Positions 10,819 to 20,400 of a stretch of DNA of 64,000 nt are shown here, in pieces (position 1 is the stretch's first letter; every line of letters begins with the position of its first letter). The position numbers and the translations under genes were made by a program. The notes under the pieces were generated by a model. That model was not told where the DNA came from. It did no database searches and saw only the letters and a program-made list of their open reading frames with translations. Origin of the DNA: Nitrospirota bacterium (GTDB taxonomy: Bacteria > Nitrospirota > UBA9217); the NCBI GenBank assembly GCA_963749655.1, contig CAVVOB010000024.1:64001-128000 (forward strand), given 5' to 3'.

Positions 10819-12000
10819 ATGATTCGTTCCGTGAAAATCTCCGTCATCCTGATCCTGCTTCTGTTCGCCTCGGCGTTCACTGCCCGGGCCCAGGAGACAA
10901 AGACCGTTACCGCCGAAGGCGTGGCCGCCATCCAGGGCAATGCCCGGGATATCGCCCGCGACGCGGCGATCGAAGACGCGCAGAAGCGCGCCGTGGAACA
11001 GGCGATCGGGATCCTCATCGATTCCCAGACCCAGGTGGAAAACTATCAGCTTATCAGCGACAGGATCCTGTCGCAGACCAAGGGATACATCACGCGGTAC
11101 AGCATCGCGGGAGAATCGGTGGACAGCGGCCTGCTGCGGGTCCGCATCAACGCCGAAGTATCGCTCGGCAAACTTACCGACGACCTCTCGGGAATCGGCA
11201 TTCTGCTCGGCCAGATGCACAAGCCGCGGACGATCATCCTGATCGCGGAACAGAACATCGGACGCGAGCTCTACGCCTGGTGGTGGGGAGGGCACGCCGC
11301 CGAACAGACCGATATGGGTGTGGTCGAGAACACGTTCATCGACGTCTTCACCCAGAAGGGCTTCGAATTCATAGACCATGAGACCGCGTCCAGGGAGATC
11401 AAAGTGACGGCGGCCTACAAGGTGCAGGATCTGAGCGCGACCCAGGCCAAGACGCTCGGCGGCCAGGTGGATGCGGAAGTGGTGATCGTCGGCAAGGCCT
11501 TCGCCAAGCTGTATGGGGACATCGGAGGCGGGATGAAGTCGGTGCAGGCTGACCTCTCGGCAAAGGCGATCCGCACGGACACCGGCCAGGTGATCGCGGC
11601 CGTAACCACCCACGGCGCCGCGGTGCACATCACTCCCGAAACAGCGGGAATCGAAGCGCTCAAAAAGGCATCGCAGGCGGCGGCTGATCAGATGATGGAA
11701 AAGATCCTCGCCGTCTATTCCCGCGAGACCGGCGGCACCCGTTCGATCAACATCACGATCACGGGCCTGGACAAAAGGCAGTTCGTCAAATTCAAGGATG
11801 TGCTCAGGAACCAGGTGCGCGGGATCAAGGACCTTCACGAACGCAGCTTTGCCAATGCCACGGCAAAGATCTCCGTTGATTCGAAATCGAGCGCCCAGGT
11901 GCTCTCCGACGAATTGTTGTTGAAGGATTTCGGCACCTTCTCCGTAGATGTTGTCGGTTCAACGCCTAATTCGCTCGAACTCAAAATTGCCCCGAAGTAA
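10819..12000 (+). CDS. Exported protein with FlgT N-terminal-like domain
   Basis: Signal peptide ending ARA-QE; VTAEGVA...ARDAAIEDAQKRAVEQAIGILIDSQTQVENY resembles the FlgT-N/LPP20-type domain; GGAGG RBS. Confidence 0.7.
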   Translation: MIRSVKISVILILLLFASAFTARAQETKTVTAEGVAAIQGNARDIARDAAIEDAQKRAVEQAIGILIDSQTQVENYQLISDRILSQTKGYITRYSIAGESVDSGLLRVRINAEVSLGKLTDDLSGIGILLGQMHKPRTIILIAEQNIGRELYAWWWGGHAAEQTDMGVVENTFIDVFTQKGFEFIDHETASREIKVTAAYKVQDLSATQAKTLGGQVDAEVVIVGKAFAKLYGDIGGGMKSVQADLSAKAIRTDTGQVIAAVTTHGAAVHITPETAGIEALKKASQAAADQMMEKILAVYSRETGGTRSINITITGLDKRQFVKFKDVLRNQVRGIKDLHERSFANATAKISVDSKSSAQVLSDELLLKDFGTFSVDVVGSTPNSLELKIAPK

Positions 12001-12020
12001 AACGGTTTTCGCGCATCATG

Positions 12021-12058
12021 CAAAACGCCCTCTCCTGATCCAGGGAGAGGGCGTTTTT
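12021..12058. terminator. Rho-independent terminator, probably bidirectional
   Basis: AAAACGCCCTCTCC-TGATCCAG-GGAGAGGGCGTTTTT just after the 12000 stop, between convergent genes. Confidence 0.88.
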
Positions 12059-12085
12059 ACTGATTCATAGTATTTCAACGGCTCA

Positions 12086-12270
12086 GTGGAGCCCCCTCCG
12101 GCATCCCGACCTGTCGGGACTAAAATTGACGCGACCTCCCGCCTGCACCCGGCGTTTACGAGTGCGGATGCACGGAGTGCCAGGTGGAACTGCGAACTCG
12201 CGCATGCGTGACACGTTCGTGTCACGCGCGAGTGAGCGCTTTCCACCCCCGGCCAGAGCCGGGGGATGCC
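12086..12270. mobile_element. Multi-hairpin non-coding element (MITE/REP-like or structured RNA)
   Basis: Stems GGCATCCC/GGGATGCC, TCCCGAC-CT-GTCGGGA, GTGGAA/TTCCAC, GCGTGACACG-TT-CGTGTCACGC and CCCCCGGC-CAGA-GCCGGGGG. The identity of the element is inferred, not recognised. Confidence 0.45.
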
Positions 12271-12373
12271 AAGGCGCGGGATTGCATGGCTGCGTTTCCG
12301 GTCAATGATCCCGGACCCGATGCCGGGTGGTCGTGTTCCATGGGGACGTTTGAGATCAAAGGCAACTCCTTCG

Positions 12374-12435
12374 GACAGGATAACGGGATAAGGATCTGAT
12401 AGGATCTTTAATCCTGTCGATCCTGTTATCCTGTC
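12374..12435. repeat. Inverted repeat with 8-9 nt periodic arms
   Basis: GACAGGATAACGGGAT ... ATCCTGTCGATCCTGTTATCCTGTC; 15 of 16 positions complementary. Confidence 0.8.
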
Positions 12436-12442
12436 GAATAAA

Positions 12443-15042
12443 TCATCTCTGCCTGCCCGTTGTTTCCGCTGTCGATTTCAGATATATGTCCTGCCTCTTG
12501 AGGCGGATATGCTGATCGGGAAATATCAGGTCGGGATTGGCGATTCGGTTGTCTCCGGCAATATGGGGATAATTTCTGGGATTGCCGGTAAAACGGCCTG
12601 AAATATGCCACAACGTGTCGCCGGGGCGGACGATATATACTTCGCTCTCTATGACCCTGTCGCCCGGGACTTCGAGCACGAGAGTTTCCTTCTCACTCGT
12701 CCCGGCAGGCGTCTTTGCAGCCGACGGAGCCGATGCCGGGGGTCTGGGCACTGTCTGCTGTTGATCCGTACGCCTGAATACGCCGATCACTGCGAGAATC
12801 AAGAGCACCAGGGCCGCGTAGTGGAACCACCGTACTCTTTTTTTGCCTTCGACAGGCGACACGGGGACCCCTCTTCCCTGCTCTCCGGGACGAACGGGTT
12901 CATATGATATTGACGAAGGCGGTACGGGCGTTTCCGGCACTGGTACCGAAGGCAGGACATCGGGCACCGATGGTTCATGAGATACTGCCGCCGGCTCAGG
13001 CTCAGGGGTCGGTTCAGACACTGCCGCGCCGGCTGCGACGTCGTCCCCTTCATGATTACTTGTTCGACATTTTCACTCTCTTCACGAGCCTTCGCCGCTT
13101 CGACAGGGATATCTGCTGTGAGCTCCGGTGCGGAAGTTTCCGTTTCCGATGCTGTGATGTCCTGCCCTTCCCGGGGAGTTGCAGCAATATCGGTACTGCT
13201 GCTCTCTTCAGCGGGTTCCTGAGGAAGCGGCTGCAGTTCTGACTCCTCCACGGCATCGCCGGGAAGGTCCGATACCTGCATATCCTGAGAGCCTGCGGCG
13301 ATGTTCGTAATGCCGCCGCTCTCTCCTGCAGCTTCCTGAGGAAGCGGCGACAATTCCATTTCCGCTGTTGAATCGTCAGGTCCCTCTTCAGCAGGAGTTC
13401 CGGCCTCATGAACCGCTGCTACCAGTGCCGCTGTTTGGGACAATTCTTCAGCTGGAGACGCAGAAATCGACTCAAGAGCCGGGGATTCCGCTGAACCGTC
13501 CCTGGACGGAGCAGAGGCGGACGCTGTTATTTCGGTCTTCGTTACGTCCTCGACGGCGCTTGCTGCGGGGACAACCTTCACCGGCTCTCCGGTCCGTTCG
13601 CTCACCAGCCCTGCAGGCAGCTGTTCCATGTGCCTCGACAGTACCGGAAGCAGTTCCTCGACCAGGGAAGCCTCGAAGTGAACAGCCATTGCGTGGACGT
13701 TCAGGATCAGGCGAACCGCGTCCGTTTCGAGATAACAGCCGTACACGACATTATGAGGCAATGCGATCGGCACTGCCCGCTGGAGATCGCGGCCCAGCCG
13801 CCTGTCGCCGAACACGTTCTCGGCGAGGACCAGAGCGCGAAAATCTCCGTTCTGAACGACCATCATGCTCCACCGGGACGTCGGGAGCGACTGTCTTCCG
13901 AAGACGGTCGCAAGGTCGATCACCGGCAGCAGTGAACCTTCATACTCCGCTATGCCGGCCACGATCGGAAGCGTGCCCGGTATGGGGCGAAAGGGCCGGA
14001 ACCCGATGATCGCGTCCTGTTCAGAACGCGGCACGGCATGCCGCATGCCGAGAAGAGAAAATTCCGTGACCTCGACCTCTTCCTTCCCGAAGCGCGCGGG
14101 GAAGGAAGCATCGGCCGTATATGCCGGCGACGGAGAGGCGGCCCTCCCCTCCTCTGCTCCGACGGAAAACAGCTCGCTGAAATCCAGGATGGGGATGACC
14201 TGCCCGTCAAGGACGAGCGCTGCATCAAACCAGGAAGTTGCCGCGATGGGCGGAAGCTGATGAAGCGCCGTCTTCGCGGAGGGAACAACTCCCCGGTCCT
14301 CGTCGATGAGAAGGCCCAGCTGAAGGTCCCGGACAACGCCGACAAGCATGAGGTCCTTGACCTGCCCGTGGGGCAGTTGCATGCGCTGCGTCAGGTCGAA
14401 TACGGGGATCAGGCTGCTGCGGTGCCAGGTCACACCGCGTACGAATTTTGGTACCGGCCGCACAGCTGCGATCGGGCCGGGCTCCTGTGCCGCGTCGTCC
14501 TCAGCAAGCTCCGACGGCAGAGCGAAAAGATCTCCTCCGGCAGCGAAAATCCGGTACGATCCGACTTCGGACAAAACAGCAGGCACAGCAGGTATGGTAA
14601 ACGGAGCCGCGGCCGCCTCGTCTGCGTCGTTTTGAAGATGTTCGTGAAGCCGCATCAGATTGACCAGGGGTACGGGAAGGGAATCTATAAGCGCACAACG
14701 ATCGACCACGTCCGTCCTGAGATAGGGCGGCATGGGGAAAACAGCTTCAGGAGCGACCTCGGCCCTCCCGATTTCCTCGCCGACCACGAAGCCCTTGATC
14801 AGGCCTTCTTGCGGCACGAGGAGAAGGCGTTTTCTGCCGGCCTGGTTCACCGGGCCATGGCCGATGCAGACGGAAAGGTCCGCCAGCGTGACGGTGCGGC
14901 CGTCCCTGATCGCCATGCCGGCGATGCAGCCGGGGCTGAACGGAAGCCGATGAAGAGACGGGAGCTCCTCGATCTGCCGGACCTCTTCCTCCCGGATGCC
15001 GTACGTCTGACCTTCGAACGTTATCAGCAACAGGCTTATCAT
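12443..15042 (-). CDS. Triple CheW-like domain, acidic linker, TM helix and LysM protein (one frame break near 13020-13070)
   Basis: Three CheW-like repeats (TYGI...AGMAIRDGRTVTLADL; FALP...RGVTWHRSSLIPVFDL; HAVP...AGIAEYEGSLLPVIDL). The E/P/A-rich linker continues in ORF 12443..13021, which carries TM WFHYAALVLLILAVIGVF and LysM YIVRPGDTLWHIS...NPDLIFPDQ. Confidence 0.8.
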
Positions 15043-15134
15043 GACTCTTCCGACCTCCTGTCGATCCTTCTGAGAAAGCCCTGCTTCATAGAACTATTGC
15101 GTTGTGCATTGCTTCAGTCGGAAAAAACAAACGA

Positions 15135-16034
15135 TCATCCGACGCCGACCATTCTCTTTGCGGAGATCACCGTGTTCTTGAGCAGAATGGCGATGGTCAC
15201 CGGCCCCACCCCGCCGGGGACGGGCGTGATCATCGAAGTCTTCTGCGAAACGGAAGCAAAATCGACGTCCCCTACGGTCAGCCCATCGGACTGGACCGTG
15301 ATCCCGATGTCCACGACAACGGCGCCCGCCTTCACCATATCAGCCCTGATCAGCCCCGGTCTGCCGGTGGCGGTGCAGAGAATATCAGCCTGCCGGGTTT
15401 CCGCGCCCAGGTCTTCGGTCTCCCGGTGGCAGACCGTGACCGTTGCCTCCTTGACCAGCATCATCATGGCGAGCGGTTTTCCGACAGCCAGACTCTTGCC
15501 GACGATCACGACCTTTTTCCCCTTCACGTCGATGCCGTGATGCTCCAGCATCCGCATTACGCCGTAAGGGGTGCAGGGCAGAAAGGTGGACCTGACCGAA
15601 AGCGTGAACCCGGGCTCGAAGAGCTGGGACGTGGATTCGTCGGCCGACAGCCTGCCCACGGAGATGGCCCCCTGGCCGTCGACGTCCTTCTCGGGCATGA
15701 TGGCGTTCACGACCTTCCGGGTGTCTATGTGTCTCGGGAGCGGCATGAACGTCAGAAGGCCGTTTGCCCGCTCGTCGTTGTTGATCGTCTTGATCAGGTT
15801 CAGGATCTGGTTCAGGGACGAGGACGACGGCAGCTTGTGGTTGAAAATATCGATGCCCGCCCGCGCGGCAGCGTGCTGGATCGCCTGATAGTACAGGTGC
15901 GAGGACCGGTCCTCACCCACCAGCACCAGCGCCAGTCCGGCGCGAATGCCGTGTCTGGAAAGTCTGTCCGTCTCCTCCTTGACCGCAACAATGATCTTCG
16001 AAGATAATTCTCCGCCCTTCATCAATTTCACCAT
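15135..16034 (-). CDS. folD: Methylenetetrahydrofolate dehydrogenase/cyclohydrolase family protein (cyclohydrolase residues substituted)
   Basis: LALVLVGE, PEKDVDG, PCTPYG, VVIVGKSLAVGKP, GDVDF, TPVPGGVGPVT; GGAGG RBS. Confidence 0.9.
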   Translation of the reverse strand: MVKLMKGGELSSKIIVAVKEETDRLSRHGIRAGLALVLVGEDRSSHLYYQAIQHAAARAGIDIFNHKLPSSSSLNQILNLIKTINNDERANGLLTFMPLPRHIDTRKVVNAIMPEKDVDGQGAISVGRLSADESTSQLFEPGFTLSVRSTFLPCTPYGVMRMLEHHGIDVKGKKVVIVGKSLAVGKPLAMMMLVKEATVTVCHRETEDLGAETRQADILCTATGRPGLIRADMVKAGAVVVDIGITVQSDGLTVGDVDFASVSQKTSMITPVPGGVGPVTIAILLKNTVISAKRMVGVG

Positions 16035-16140
16035 CTAGCCTCCAAAAGAAATATCGGCCGTACCTAAGCCGGGATCCCGGCCTTTGCCGCCGTACTGTTG
16101 TCGCACACGGGAACCTGTAAAACCGAGAAGACTTTTTCAG

Positions 16141-16210
16141 CACAGAGAACACCGAGACACCGTGGATTAAAAAACGAAAATTTTGAAATTTTCTCTCAGT
16201 GCGCTCTGTG
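16141..16210. repeat. Inverted repeat with ~9-nt periodic arms and AT-rich loop
   Basis: CACAGAGAACACCGAGA ... TCTCAGTGCGCTCTGTG between glpD and folD. Confidence 0.65.
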
Positions 16211-16310
16211 GTAAAGATTCTTCTTAGCTGTTCTGAACTGACCGATTCCTTTCAGAAGCAACATGCTTGTCGGAGAAAACAGGCTGTCCTTCCGCTCTCA
16301 TCCCTGCTCC

Positions 16311-17940
16311 TCATGTCTTCAAACAAGCGGTCTCCTTCAGCAATTGCCGCCTGTAGTCTTCGATCTGTTTGTGTTTTTCATCGCTGTTCCATTTCAGGTC
16401 CCTGCCTGCGATTTCTGCGATCTGCTCCGCCTGCCCAGCTCCGCGGGAACCGGTGATGCCGACGGTCATCCTGCGAAGCATGATGTCCGCAAGCGTTTTC
16501 GCGCCCTCTTCGCGGACACTGTATGTCGCCTGGGCGTAGACGTCCTTGCTTTCGGGAGAAACGGCCGCCCCGAGCGCGGGTTCTTCCTTGATGAGCTGCA
16601 GAATACGCTCGCTGCGTGAGCCGTAGATCCCGATCAGATGGCGAACGAGCTCCGGAGAAACCGAATACTGCGACGCCCAGGCAGGGACTGCTTCGCGCAG
16701 ATAGTCTTCATAGCCCGCAGAAAGTCCACCGGCCAGCGGGGTCCGGTCCGTGGAGCACCTGGGTCGAAGACCCAGCACGCGGCAGGCAGCGTCGACGACG
16801 TCTTTCGCCATGTTGCGATAGGTCGTCAGCTTTCCTCCTGCAATGGTTATCAGGCGGCCGTACCTGCCCTCGCGGATGACCCGGTGCTTGCGCGAGATCC
16901 TGGATTCGCTGGCGCCTGCGAAGGCGAGCGGCCGTATGCCCGCATAGGTATACAGGATCGCCTCCCGGCTGAGCTTCAGCCCCGGCAGCAGGCGCCTGCT
17001 TTCCGCAAGCAGATAGTCGACGTCGCTCTTGTCCGCATGGACGTCGTCAAGATCGCCGTCATAATTCGTATCAGTGGTGCCGATGAGCGAGTATGCGCCC
17101 AAGGGGATCATGAAAAACATGCGCCCGTCGCGCGAGCTTACGAACAGGGCCTGATCGGAAAACTTCGGCAGCACGAGGTGAATGCCTTTCGTCGGGTGGA
17201 TGATCCCGTGATGGTCGATGTTTCCCGACCGCCTCACCCGGTCGATCCAGGGGCCCGCGGCGTTGATCAGGACCCGGGACCGGAATGTGCGCGCCCCTCC
17301 GGTCAGCATGTCCCGCGCGGCGACCACGACCCCGGCGGCGGTCTCCTCGATCCGCTCGGCCTGCATATAATTGAGCAGTTCCGCCCCGGCTTCCCGCGCC
17401 GAGATCACATTTTCGATCACAAGCCGCTCGGGCATGGTGATCTGGTGATCGTAGAACAGGGCGCTGCCGGTCAAGCCCTTCCTTGTTCAAACGGGGCTCG
17501 AACCCGAGCGTCCGTTCGCAGTTCGCTGTAAAGTAGTGAGGGATGTCCCGTTCGTGCGACAGGACGTCATAGAGATGGATGCCGAGAGAGATTACGGCCC
17601 GGCCGTGAGGGTCCCCGCGATAGATGGGGATCAGGATCGGCATGGGGTGTATCAGGTAGGGCGCCTGCCGCCGCAGGATTGCCCGCTCCCTGAGCGCTTC
17701 CGCAACAAGGTCGACCTCGAAGTTCGCCAGGTACCGCAGGCCGCCGTGGATCAGCCTCGTTGATTTCGAAGTCACGCCCGACGCAAAGTCTCCCTTTTCG
17801 AGCAGCAGGCAGGACAAACCGCGCAAAGCCGCATCCCGCGCTACGCCGGCGCCGGTGATGCCCCCGCCGATCACGATCAGATCGAAAAGGCGATCTTCTG
17901 TTGATGCATCCCCGCCCGTCATAACAGCTCTATCCGTCAT
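16311..17940 (-). CDS. glpD: FAD-dependent glycerol-3-phosphate dehydrogenase/oxidase (frame break near 17475)
   Basis: DLIVIGGGITGAGVARDAALRG, SKSTRLIHGGLRYL, INAAGPW, PTKGIHLV, IGTTD, AGIRPL, GGKLTTYR. Confidence 0.93.
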
Positions 17941-18645
17941 CCCGCACTCCGCACCGCTTTCTGCACGAGGCCCTTCAGCACTCCCGGCCTGTTCGAATAG
18001 ATTCCGTCCGCGCCCCAGGAGATGATCTTTAGCATTTCTTCTTCGTCGTCAACGGTCCAGACATAAACCTGGACCCCCTGCTCGTGGCAGGATTCGATCA
18101 GCTCCCCGGCTCACGGACGATTTTCTCAGGCTGATGATCCTGTAGCCTGATGCGCGATAGGCGGCCGCATCGCGGGCCGCAAAAACGTCGAAAATCAGCG
18201 ACAAGGGAAGATGGGGAAGCACTTTGCGGACTGCGAGCACCTCCTGCTCCTTGAAGGACGAAACGAGGATATAGCCGGGGTAGTCCGCTGCAGCGAGGCA
18301 TTCCGCGGTCAGCAGTCCTGCGCCGTCGCTCTTGATCTCGAGATTCAGTCCTGCCCTGCCGGCGACGATCCTGAATACGTCGGTCAGCGTCGGTACGGGC
18401 TCGCCGTTCTTCAGGCGCAGGCCGGATGTCTCTGCGGACGTCGACTGCTCGATGTCGACGTTCGACGAGGCCGTCCTTCCCGTAGTCCGGTCATGCATCA
18501 CAAAGAGCGCATTGTCGCGGCTGCGGCGGACGTCAAGCTCGATCATGTCCGCGGGATACGATAATGCCCGGCGTATGGCTTCGGGGGAATTTTCGAGGGC
18601 GTTGCTGGAATCTCCTCGATGAGCGATGACAAGGGGAAGAGGCAT
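17937..18645 (-). CDS. Glycerophosphodiester phosphodiesterase (frame break near 18110)
   Basis: IAHRG...EN, IELDV, VMHD, LNLEIK, VSSF; shifted frame gives VYVWTVDD...GADGIYSNRP, ending at a TGA that overlaps the glpD ATG. Confidence 0.92.
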
Positions 18646-18651
18646 GAGGAT

Positions 18652-18682
18652 ATTATACTGAAAACAGCTGCGAGGCGTGCAA
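18652..18682 (-). promoter_or_regulatory. Putative promoter giving a leaderless mRNA
   Basis: TATAAT lies 6 nt upstream of the ATG at 18645 with no Shine-Dalgarno; TTGCAC is 19 nt further upstream (suboptimal spacing). Confidence 0.55.
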
Positions 18683-18794
18683 AAAATTTTTTGCGGTGAC
18701 GTTCCATGCCCCCGGAGTCGTTCCAGGAGAAGTTCGGGAACTCAGCCTCAGCCTGAAGCACCCCTGCCTCCGCGGAACAGCGCATGAGCTCCGG

Positions 18795-19754
18795 TCAGTC
18801 CTTGCCCGACCCTATCATTTTTTCCACGATTTTATCCTTGATAGACCGGATCTGGTCCGCAAGCTTGCGCTGCGGGATGACGGCGCGGTGTATGGCGGTC
18901 CGGACGGTGATGATCTTCTCCAGCGCGGCTGTTTCGCCCTGCTTAAAAAGGTCACGGGGATTGCTGAAGTCCGCCCAGTGTGTGGCGCCCACTTCAGGAT
19001 GGATCACCACATCCGCTTGCCGTGCGAGGATCTCATTCAGGTATATGCGCGATACGGCATCGGCGCGCAGGACGATATCGAGGCCCGAGGTGTCCTCAAA
19101 AGGCGTCACATCGCTCGACACGTCAACAGCGATCACGAGATCTGCGCCCATGTCCTGGGCGCACAGCACCGGCACGCGCTCGACCCAACCGCCGTCCACG
19201 AGAAGCATGTCCCTGTCCTTGACCGGGGGGAATATGCCGGGAAGCGCGCAGCTGGCGCTGACGGCCGTACGCAGGCGCCCTGCCGTGTACATGACCCGTC
19301 TGCCGTTGCGGATGTCCGTTGCCACGCAGGCGAAGGGGATCTTGGTCTCTTCGATCGCGATGTCGGGAATAAGCGGGTAGATGAGGTCTTCGTATTCCTT
19401 TTCGCCGATAAAGGCCGGCTTGGTCGCCGTGACGCCCCAGAAATATCCCTTCCTGATCAGAAACGACATGTCTCTGAAGAAGCCGTGATTGTGGTTTTCC
19501 GGCTGTTCGAGCTTTCGGATGAATTCAAGACGCGTTTTCCGGGAACGGAAGCTGCGAAGGAACTGCTCCACCCGCCCCATCCAGTACGTTGCGTCCGGCT
19601 GGGAGGCATAGACGCCGCCGATCAATGCGCCGAGGCTGGTTCCGGCGATCATATGAATGGGGATGTTGGCGTCCTCAAAAACCTTGAGCACGCCGAGGTG
19701 CGCCAGCCCCCGTGCCGCCCCTCCTCCCAAAGCGAGACAAATCTTCGGCTCCAT
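18795..19754 (-). CDS. Patatin-like phospholipase (RssA/NTE family)
   Basis: LALGGGAARGLAHLGV, AGTSLG (GxSxG), ASCALPGIF, VDGG. Confidence 0.93.
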   Translation of the reverse strand: MEPKICLALGGGAARGLAHLGVLKVFEDANIPIHMIAGTSLGALIGGVYASQPDATYWMGRVEQFLRSFRSRKTRLEFIRKLEQPENHNHGFFRDMSFLIRKGYFWGVTATKPAFIGEKEYEDLIYPLIPDIAIEETKIPFACVATDIRNGRRVMYTAGRLRTAVSASCALPGIFPPVKDRDMLLVDGGWVERVPVLCAQDMGADLVIAVDVSSDVTPFEDTSGLDIVLRADAVSRIYLNEILARQADVVIHPEVGATHWADFSNPRDLFKQGETAALEKIITVRTAIHRAVIPQRKLADQIRSIKDKIVEKMIGSGKD

Positions 19755-20356
19755 CAGAACACCTCGCGAGACCGGAACATCGATTGAGAACAAAAACGTT
19801 CTTGAACCTGCCGGGCGTTTTGCAGTATCTTTTTATCTGTCTTTACATCTGGTATGATAAAGAAGCTCGTCGCATCAGTCGATCACTTCTCTCAGGTATC
19901 CTTTGAATGCGTTGGTTGTGTCATTCAGCTTTATCCTGAACAGCACCTGAAGAAACGTGTTGTCAGTTCCGTTGAGAATCATCTTGAACCAGGGATAACG
20001 AGAGCCACTGGCTTGCTGTTCTCATTTAGAAAATTGTTGTCCGTCGCAAAGGCAAAAAAACTGGAGCTCAGTGACTACCCTGGCCGCTCTCAGGCTTTTG
20101 AAGTGAAAGCCTGCAAAAACATGAAGGAAATCGCATTTTCCGGACATTATCACGGAATCACGGGAAAATGCAAGTGGAATAATTCAGCCTTGCGCAAAAA
20201 TGGATACTGCTTCCGAAAAAAACTGTCAGTGGGTGTGCCTTGAACGAAGGAACGGGTACGTGGCCACAGATCTCGATAGCCGACCGGTTTGCAGATACTG
20301 ATCCTGTCGTCCGCATCAACCCTCGGACAGATGCTTAAAACCGGCCCAATTACTGC

Positions 20357-20400
20357 TTGACTTGGTTCTGGCAAAATGATATGTTCATTCCATGAACATA
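20357..20400 (+). promoter_or_regulatory. Sigma70 promoter with overlapping palindromic operator
   Basis: TTGACT-17 nt-TATGTT; perfect inverted repeat TATGTTCAT-TCC-ATGAACATA (20380-20400) spans the -10 box and the start codon. Confidence 0.75.

Noticed and set aside
16040-16130. THF or ZTP riboswitch upstream of folD
   Set aside because: Only a short palindrome (GCCGGGATCCCGGC) is visible; I could not match the conserved cores of either riboswitch.
19854-20340. 129-aa ORF or 6S-like RNA in the divergent intergenic region
   Set aside because: The ORF has no RBS or motif; CTTGAACC alone is insufficient, and I saw no rod-like complementarity or typical 6S gene context.
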